Position numbers and translations under genes: made by a program. A DNA stretch of 64,000 nucleotides from Eledone cirrhosa (Eukaryota), in contig OZ024742.1 in the NCBI GenBank assembly GCA_964016885.1, forward strand, positions 319,858,001 through 319,922,000, in the 5' to 3' direction. Shown piece after piece: positions 55,178-64,000 of the stretch. The first letter of the stretch is position 1, and every line of letters starts with the position of its first letter. The notes under the pieces were generated by a model. It worked only from the letters and a program-made list of their open reading frames with translations, had not been told where the DNA came from and ran no database searches.

Positions 55178-56157
55178 TGACGTAACAGTAATGGTGTCGA
55201 CGGCCTCCGAAATCGGGGCGATCGGCACCTTGCTGGAAGAGTACGAAAGGTTCACAGGGGCTAAGCTGAACCGGGACAAGTCGATCGGTTTGCAACTCGG
55301 CACGTGGAGGGGCAGACCGATGCCCTCCGATGGCGTCGTCGGACGCTGGACGGAGGGCCCGGTGAAGTTGCTCGGGGTCTGGTTCGGACCAGACCTCCAG
55401 GTAGAGAAGAACTAGGCGGAGGTTACGAACAGGGTGTTTGCACTGACCCAGAAGTGGGCCAGTTGCAAACTATCCCTGAAAGGTCGGGCGCAGGTGGCGA
55501 ACACCTATATAGCGTCCGTCATCTACTACCGCCTGACCGTAGTGCCTTTCCCAAGGGAAACCCTCGCCAAGATGGAGAGCGCGCTCTTCCAATTCCTTTG
55601 GAAGAGGCGGGCTCCCATGGTGAGGAGATCCATCTGCTGTCAACACCCTTCGAAAGGAGGGCTGGGGAGGCCGTGGCTGATGATGCATAAACACGCATTA
55701 AGGACGCGTCTGAAAGGACTGAGGTCAGGCACCTTTCTCTCTGGCCAACAACTGGTCCGTTTCTTCCGATATCATTTCGGAAGAAGGATCAGGATGGAGA
55801 GAGAGGTGCTCCACCCCAGTCGTTTTTATGAAAGGTGGGTGAACGTGGCAAGAATGGCCCGTGTGAATGGGCCTTCTCTTTACATAAGCCTGTAGGTGGA
55901 AAAGAGGAAGGAACGAGGGAGAACCCCCTCTCTGTGCTCCTGAGGAGAAGGGTTGCACACTTTTTTCGGAGGTGTGTGCGACCCCCCAAGGCGCCTCCTC
56001 TCTATTGAGGATTTTGTTATAATTTTATTTTTTGTTATATTTTATTTTATTTTTATATATTGTTATTGCCTCCTCCCTATTGAGGACGCCTTGTTTTAAA
56101 AACTCCCCCATTGTACTTGTCCCACTTTTGATGCCCTGGTGGCAAATAAAAGAAACA
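55173..56157 (+). mobile_element. Tx1/L1-clade LINE segment E4 (RT C-terminal part, internal deletion, 3' end)
   Basis: Begins at ADDVTV; deletion near 55700; ends GTGGCAAATAAAAG followed by (TATC)n at 56158-56240. Confidence 0.9.
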
Positions 56158-56240
<83 letters not shown>

Positions 56241-56466
56241 TTCTCTATCAGACGTGTGTAACTTCGCGGAGAAGTTTCCGTTAATTTATGTAAGAAAAAA
56301 ACGTGAGTTTTTAGTTAAATTTTATATCATTGTGTAACTTGACCACCCGTCTGGACCTTCAGGTGGCGGGTCAACTCATTTTCGCCCCTACAGGGGCGGA
56401 ATATCCATTTAAAATATTTTTCTCCATCGAATCTTGGAAAAAATATTGTAAAATTTTGATAATGTT

Positions 56467-58363
56467 ATGAACGCTGCGTCCAACGATAATGGTGGTGGAG
56501 AGGCGGTAAGACTACAAAGCTCGCAGTCAACAACGTCTTATTCACTAGAGATGGAAAGACAAAATGAAAATGTAAAAACGAATTCATATCCAAACAACAC
56601 AAATGACACCAAACAGTTCAATGACAACAAAAATAACAGCAACACCAATAATGATGATAAAAGCAACAATGATAACAACAACAAAGAAAAAAATAAAGAC
56701 AACACCAATAACACCAGCATCAAAGAAACAACAACACCAAGGAAAAGGTTGAATACTATCAACATCGGTGACAACAAGAATAACAACAACAATAACAACA
56801 ATAATGACAACACCACCAATACGGACTCCACAAAGAAACCAAAAATCTCCTTTGCAGAGAAAGTTCAAAAGAAGGAAGAATTGATATATCTCGACATAAC
56901 AAATGCTGAACAACTTTTAAAGGACGCTAAGAGATATGTCAGTTTCGAAAAAAATGGTGCTTTCAGCATCAATTCTCCGGTAGAAATTCGCAAGGAAACT
57001 GCTCTCAAAACGATAGTTTTTAGGACAGTTTCCAATTCTACCCGAAAACCAGTCCAATTGTCACAGAAAGAAATTGAACTGGTTTTCAAAAATTCTATGA
57101 ATGATATTGCATTCATTCAAAGAAGCAAACTTTTTGGGAGTATTTCGGTACTCATGAAGGATCAATTGACGGCCCAAAATTACTCTGTGTCGCCAATTGT
57201 ATCCAACCTGTACACATTTTTCCCTACATACATGGGGAAAAAGAACACAAAAGATCAGAATCACGAGTGTCACACTAAAGGTGAACATATGGTGGATACT
57301 GTGCGGCTTCATCAATTTTGATGAAGACAGAATACTGTCAGTAGGAAAGCCCCCCAGAGATGTATTCAATGGGACTAGCATTGAAGTTCTGGTGCAAATG
57401 AGCTCAGAGCGAATAGCTATGATCCCACAGCGTGTACTCCTGGACGGACTCACCTACATAAACTTTTCGGTTGAGGGTAGGCAGCCTTCATGTTACCATT
57501 GCTTTAGCAGGGGTCACCTGAGGGCTTCCTGTCCTAAATTAATGAACCAAAAAAAGGCTCTTCTGCCGACACCTATCAAAACAACACAACCACCAACACC
57601 ACCACCACAACAACAACACCAACACACAAAAATAACCACAACAAACACAGTCCCACCCAACCCCACTCCACCTAAAACCACTGCAAAATCACATACAGAC
57701 ACAACAGCTCCCCAAGACATACCCCTCCCCAATCACACAGACGATACAACAGATGAGGCTATCTCGCCATCACCCAGTGAAGACGAGGGAGAACCCATCG
57801 CTCGAAAAGAAAGAAAAGACATCACAAAAGCAAAAAACCAGCAAACACTACCACAAACATACAACCACCAACACAAACAATAAAAACATCACAAACCAAA
57901 CTCCCACCTCCTGAAAACAAAATACCTACAACAAAACGAAAGCACGCACAAGAACTACAGACAAAAACAAACACAACACAAGAAAATTACACTTACACTT
58001 ACATAAACACTGAAAACAAAACACTAATGGAGACCATCACGAACGACCACCGAAAGGAAAACTTTCGCCCACTCTATTAAAAATAGCAAAAAACTGAACC
58101 TAAAACTGATTAGGGTCCCTATACAAACTTATAGGTCCCTAAAAGAAACATTTGAGAAAGATGTGGGGAATTCCTACGTGAAACCACTCAACCGCGTCCT
58201 TCTCAAATGTCTCCCCACCCCAGACACCCCCATCCCACCAGACCCCACCCCACCAAACATCTGCGTCCCCACCCCGCCGGAAACCACCACCCATCCAGAC
58301 AACCCCTCCAACACCCCCATGGAAATCGTGCGGCCTGGTCCCCAGGAGGCGAAGGGTGAGTGA
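56467..58363 (+). pseudogene. LINE E5 ORF1 (Asn-rich N-terminus, CCHC knuckle), frameshifted
   Basis: FSINSP.E...RTV, FFPTYMGK and VEGRQPSCYHCFSRGHLRASCP are shared with E1 and E2; frameshift near 57240. Confidence 0.82.
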
Positions 58364-58396
58364 TCTCTTTTCCTCTTTTAACTTTTCAGCACCAAC

Positions 58397-61273
58397 ATGG
58401 CCAATATAAGAGTTGGATGTGTGAACGTACGCGGCCTGGGGGTGCCCTGGAAACAGGGCAAACTCTTAAACGACCTCAGGTCGCACAGTATGGATGTGGT
58501 AGCCATTTGCGAGTCCAGGATCCACGGCGAGCGACAGCTGGCCCCCATCTTCGATGACTTTGAGATCTACGCATCTCTCTGTCAACCGGGGGGTGGGGCG
58601 GAGTTGCCATTTTGCTGCGGAAACACCTGGGCCTCGTAACACAGACGGTACATCTGGACCCGGAGGGTCGACTGGTGGTCCTAGACGTTGACGGTAGGGA
58701 AGGTGGAACCTTCAGGCTGGTGGCCGCATATGCCCCATCCGGGACACCGCGGCCAGACTTCTTCAAACGTCTAGAGACTTTTCTGGGAACGTCCCGCTCC
58801 TTGCTTTTAGTGGGGGACTGGAATGGAATCCTAGAAGCATGTTGGGACTATGTGGTAGCATGTCCCGATAAAGGGGGGTGTAACAGCCTCAAACAGTTAA
58901 TCGACCGATTTGACCTGGCCGATAGATATCGACTAGATTTTCCGACTGCGCCACTGTGGACGTGGAGTAATCGTAGCGGAACATCTAGATCGTACCTAGA
59001 TAGGGTTCTAGTTAGAAATAAGGATAGGGACATGTTAAGCTGTCCACAAATGTTCATGGTTGCCTATTCAGATCACAAACTAGTGACCTGCATGGCCAAC
59101 CTTGATAGAACCCATAGACAAGGACCCGGCTACTGGAAGCTGAACTTGTCGTTACCGACAAGCAAAGCCTACAGTAGACGGATTAGCACTTTAGTTAAAC
59201 AGCACTTGACAGGGGCCATTGTCAACAACAGATGGTGGTACTCTCTCAAGAGGGCAGTTAGATTAGACTCGATAGTTTTTAGGAAAGAATTAGCGTTAGA
59301 TAGAAATAGAACCGAGAAGGAATTGGTAGATAAAGTAGAAGAGGCAATTAGAAGTGGCAACGTAGCCAGCGTGCTAGCAACGAGAACGGCCTTGGACCAG
59401 TTCTTCGACGCAAAGCACGAGGGCTGCGTTGTCAGAAGCAAAATACGTGCTCTGGGAAACGAGGGAGCCAAAGCTGTTAGCTGGGCCCGAGTGACGGAGG
59501 CAAAAAGTGGCAACAAGTCCACGATTCGGTTTTTGAAGGACCAAAACGGACGCGTGATACGTGAGCCGAAGCAGATGTGTGCGGCTTTTCAGCGGCACTT
59601 TGCTCGACTGTTCGGGGGGGGGGGGGGAGGCTATGGATTTCGGTCCATACCTCGACGGCCTTCCGCGACTCTCGGACAGCGAGGCAAAGTTCTGCGAAAA
59701 GCCGATTTCAGCCACTGAGATAGGGGACGCGCTGAGCCAATGCGGCAAACGCAAATCTCCAGGTCTCGACGGTCTACCCTACGAATTTTACGTAGTAATG
59801 CCGGACTTATTCTCCGGTCTCCTGGAAGCGGTCTACTGCAACTGGCAACAGAACTGGAGAATTCCCAGTTCTGTAACCGGGGGCGTGGTCACACTAATCA
59901 GGAAGGACGAGAATAAGGGGGATGACATAAGCAACTTCCGGCCCATAACTCTGCTAAACACAGAGTTACAGATTTTGGCCAAGGTGTTGGCAAAGAGGCT
60001 GGCGCTTGTCGTCGAGAACCTGGTGGGAGAAGCGCAGACATGCGCAATCCCGACCAGGTCCATACACGACAACCTCCACCTCATGCGATACATCATAGAG
60101 AGGGTAGGGTGTAAACTCGGCTTCGGTGGGGCCCTAATCAACTTGGATCAGTCTAAGGCTTTCGATAGGGTTGACCATCGTTACCTGGATGCGGTGCTCG
60201 AGGCGGCAGGCTTCGGACCCGTGTTCAGGGGCTGGATTGCTGCAATGCACAACAGCAACATCTGCTCAAAGGTCAAGGTGAACGGCTACCTCTCGGAGCC
60301 GTTCCACATTACGCGATCCATTCGACAGGGATGCCCTCTCTCCTCCCTTCTGTACGTACTGACTCTCGAGCTACTACTGCGGAAGCTGGAGCTATTGCAG
60401 GGCATCCCTCTGGAACCGGGACTGCGGAAAGCGGCGTCGGCCTACGCCGACGACGTGACAGTAATGGTGTCGAGCGCCTCGCAAATCGAGGAAGTCGGCA
60501 CCTTACTGAAGGAATACGAAAGTCTCACAGGAGCGAAGCTGAACCGGGACAAGTCCATCGGTTTGCAACTCGGATCGTGGAGAGGCAAACCGATGCCTTC
60601 CGATGGCGTCGTCGGACGCTGGACTCCACTTCGTCATTCTATGGTGGGTTGGCCCGCAGCAAGTGCGACGACGCGCTCGGTGAAACTCTAGGCGTAGAGG
60701 AAGATGAACTGGCCAGTCTGTTCGGTAGGACCTTCTGCCCGGGACCGATGGACAACTTCCAAAAGTCCCTGGCCTGGCAGTGCTACCGAGGAGCTCTACC
60801 AGTTCGAGACAAGCTCTACAGACATAGGCGCCCGGGCAGGGACCCTGCAAAAAAGATGTCCGAGGTGCGTGCGAGACGAAGAAACCGTCGCGCACGCATT
60901 CATACACTGCCCGGGCATCACTGACCTGTGGGGCTATGTAGAACGACTATTGTCGCGAGTGGGACCAATCCAGTTGACCACCGAGTCCATTGTCATGATC
61001 AAACCACCACCCTCCTTCAAAAACGAAGGAGAGGCGGTTTTCCTTTGTGTGATAGCTATGGCGTAAGAGGTTGTATGGTGGACAAGGTTGAAAGGGCTGA
61101 GGTCAGACACCTTTCTCTCCGGCCAACAACTGATTCTTTTTTTCAAATACCACTTTGGAAGAAGAATCAGGATGGAGAGAGAGGTGTTGTATCCCAGCAA
61201 GTTTTATGAAAGGTGGGTGAAAGTGGCGAGAATGGCCCGAGTGAATGGGCCTTCTCTCTATATCAGCCTGTAG
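58397..61273 (+). pseudogene. LINE E5 ORF2 (APE + RT + Cys-rich end), frameshifts and ~0.55-kb deletion
   Basis: CVNVRGL, GDWN, YSDH, GPGYWKLN, DQSKAFDRVDH, RQGCPLS, YADDV; deletion at ~60624; CPRC...HAFIHC; stop at 61066. Confidence 0.92.
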
Positions 61274-61792
61274 GTTGAGGAAAAGGAGGAGGAGAGGAAA
61301 GGAGTACAAACTCTTCGTACTCCTGGAGATGAGGGTTGCACATTTTTTTTCGGGTGTATGTGTTACCCATATAAACTGTCTCCCTCTATTGGGGAAAATC
61401 GACTAACTTTTTAAATTCCATTTGTGATAACATTTTACACGTTTTTATTGTATGTAAACTTCCCCCTTTGTATTTGTCCCCTTCTTTTGTGCCCCTGTGG
61501 CTAATAAAGAAATATATCTATCTATCTATCTATCTCTTCCCCCTCTCTCTCTTCCTCTTTATCTCCCTTTCTCTCTCTCTTCCCCCTCTCTCTCTTCCTC
61601 TTTCTCTCTCTTTCTCTCTCTCTCTCTCTCTTTCTCTCTCCCTCTCTCGCTCTCTCCCTTTAACCTCTCTTTCAAACACACTTCCTTTCTCCTTCCCTTC
61701 CTCTTTCAGACCCATATACACACAGCCATTCAAACACTGACTGACGGTCACACGGACAGATGTGAACAACATGTAGATAGATAGATAGATAT

Positions 61793-63296
61793 CTTTCTTT
61801 ATTTGCCAGAGGCGTACAAAATGTGACATTAAAAGACTTGACGGCGGGGTTTTTACATAAAATCTTTAACAATTATAAATAACAATAAACTATATAAAAA
61901 TAAAATAATTGAAACCCCCATTAGGGGGGGTAACGCTACTGCGGGGTTGTTTTATACTCCGTGGATAGAACAACCATCAACACCAGGAACACATTTTGCA
62001 GGTGTTCCCGTCTTCCCTCTATTTATCTTCCTCAACCTACAGGTTTATGCACAGAGAAAGCCCATTCACTCGGGCCATTTTCGGCACATTCACCCACCTT
62101 TCAGCGAATTTACTGGGGTGTAGCACCTCTCTCTCCACTCTCACCTTCCTTCTGAAGTGGTACTTAAAGAAGGGGATGAGTTGTTGCCCGTAGAGAACGG
62201 TGCTTGCCCTCAGTCCTTTTAACCTCGTCCACCATATTACCTCTTTCGCCATAGCCACCAGACAGAGGAAGACCGCCTCTCCTTCATGCTTAAATGAAGG
62301 CGGTCTCCTCACGATGGACTCGGCTGACAACTGGATGCGTCCTACACGTTGACATAATTCCACAGGTCGGTCACCCCTGGGCACTGAACAATTGCGTGCA
62401 GAACGGGTTCGATGTCCTGCTCGCATCTTGGACAGGAGCTTTTGGCAAGATCTCTGCCAGGGAGTCCGTGCCTGTATATTTTGTCTCGAAGTGGTACAGC
62501 TCCTCTGCCAGGCCAGAGACCTCTGGAAGTTATCCATAGGCCCTGGATGAAAAGTCCTCCCGAACAGACTGGTCAGTTCGTCTTCTTCGATGCCTAGAGT
62601 TTCCCCGAGAACGTCGTAGCACCCATCCTCCACTAATCCCCTATAGAATGTCGAAGTGGAGTCTCCGCTGATTGCCGTTTCCGCTTGGTAGATGGCTGTG
62701 AGCGCCTGAAGGCACTCGAGGTGCCAGGAACCCATTTTCGGTCTTCGCTTGACCCAGGACTGCAGCTCTGTTAGTGAGACGAGTTGTGGAAGAGCTCGTC
62801 TCACAAACGACAGCCACACCGGTTCGCCGGTCAGGAATACCTGGAGATGGCGTAGCCTCAGCGCGTGTTTGCGCATCATCAGCCACGGCATACCCAGCCC
62901 TCCGTTAGAAGGGTATTGACAGAAGATGGATCTCCTCACCAATTGAGCCTGTTTCTTCCAGAGGAACTTGAAGAGTAGGCGTTCCATTTTGGTGAGGTAT
63001 TCGCGGAGACAAGGCACGACTGTCAAGCGGTAGTAGATGACGGACGCTATGTAAGTGTTCGCCACCTCCGCTCGACCTTTCAAGGAGAGTGTGCACTCAG
63101 TCCACTTCTGGGTGAGTGCAAACACCTTCGCCGTGACCTCGTTCCAGTTCTTGTCCACCTGGAGTTCTGGACCAAACCAGACCCCGAGCAATTTCATCAG
63201 TCCTTCCGTCCAGCGTCCAACGACACTGTCGGAAGGCATGGGTTTGCCTCTCCATGTGCCAAGTTGCAGTCCGACAGACTTGTTTGGGTTTAGTCT
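61793..63296 (-). mobile_element. 5'-truncated Tx1/L1-clade LINE E6
   Basis: RLNPNKSVGLQLGTW...ERWVNVPKMARV; (TATC)n at both its 3' end (61774-61792) and its truncated 5' end (63297-63341). Confidence 0.92.
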
Positions 63297-63330
<34 letters not shown>

Positions 63331-63341
63331 TATAGATAGAT

Positions 63342-64000
63342 TTCTTTATTTGCCACAAGGGCGCACAAGAAAAGGGGACGATACAAAGACATGCCGGGGA
63401 TTTTACATACAGTCGTGTAAAAATTATAAAACAAGCAATTATAACAATCGAAATCCCGAATAGGGGGGAAACGCCATAAATGGGTTGTTTAATACCCCGT
63501 CGATAGAACAACCCTCAACATCAGGAGCGTGTTGTGCAAGTGCTCCTGTCTTCCTTTTGCTCTCTTCTTTAACCTACAGGCTTATAAACAGAGAAGGCCC
63601 AATCACTCGGGCCATTTTCGCTTCATTCACCCACCTTTCAGTAAATTTACTGGGGTGCAGTGCCTCTCTCTCCACTCTGATTCTCCTTCTAAAGTGATAT
63701 TTAAAGAAGGGAATCAATTGTTGTCCGGAGAGAAAGGCATCTATCCTCAGTCCTCTCAATCTCATCCACCATATAATCTCTTTCACCATAGCCACTGTAC
63801 AGAGGAAAACCGCCTCTCTTTCGTTTTTGAAAGAGGCTGGCGCTTTGATCCTTACTATGGACTCGGAAGTCAACTGGATTTGTCCCATACGCGACAGCAG
63901 TTGTTCTGCATAGTTCCACAGGTCGGTTACACCCGGGCAGTGTACAATTGCGTGCAGGACGGTTTCAATGTCCTGCGCGCATCTTGGACACATCCTCTTA
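63342..64000 (-). mobile_element. Tx1/L1-clade LINE E7, 3' end (runs off the window)
   Basis: MCPRCAQDIETVLHAIVHC...ERWVNEAKMARV, then GTGGCAAATAAAG and (TATC)n. Confidence 0.9.

Larger units (their letters stand above)
56250..61513 (+). mobile_element. Near full-length Tx1/L1-clade LINE E5
   Basis: 5' UTR, ORF1 56467-58363, ORF2 58397-61273, 3' UTR with AATAAA; (TATC)n on both sides. Confidence 0.93.

Noticed and set aside
58356-58389. GTGAGT...TTTTCAG mini-intron fusing LINE ORF1 to ORF2 (similar at ~49313-49351)
   Set aside because: It is only 34-39 nt long and splicing would not put ORF2 in frame in either copy.

Overview
Eukaryotic, AT-rich, microsatellite-dense animal DNA. It is most likely molluscan and probably cephalopod (Octopus-like); that assignment is inferred from the repeat content and the actin codon-41/42 intron. 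No intact protein-coding gene was found, and most listed ORFs are translated microsatellites or antisense frames. Two structures dominate. (1) About 4.4-40.0 kb is a tandem array of four actin gene units (A-D, period 10-12 kb), all defective. Their first intron carries a Penelope-like retroelement with an inverted pseudo-LTR, an internally deleted R4/Dong-type retrotransposon, SINEs, a Helitron-like piece, long palindromes and a truncated mariner. (2) About 47.3-64 kb is a cluster of seven Tx1/L1-clade LINE segments joined through (TATC)n tracts, with a ~2.9 kb internal inversion. Reading by eye also gives 11 type I hammerhead ribozyme motifs in five sequence families, a Merlin-like MITE (8-bp TSD) holding a LINE 3' end inside a SINE, and one weak HDV-like ribozyme candidate. 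All RNA folds and clade assignments are by eye and unverified.
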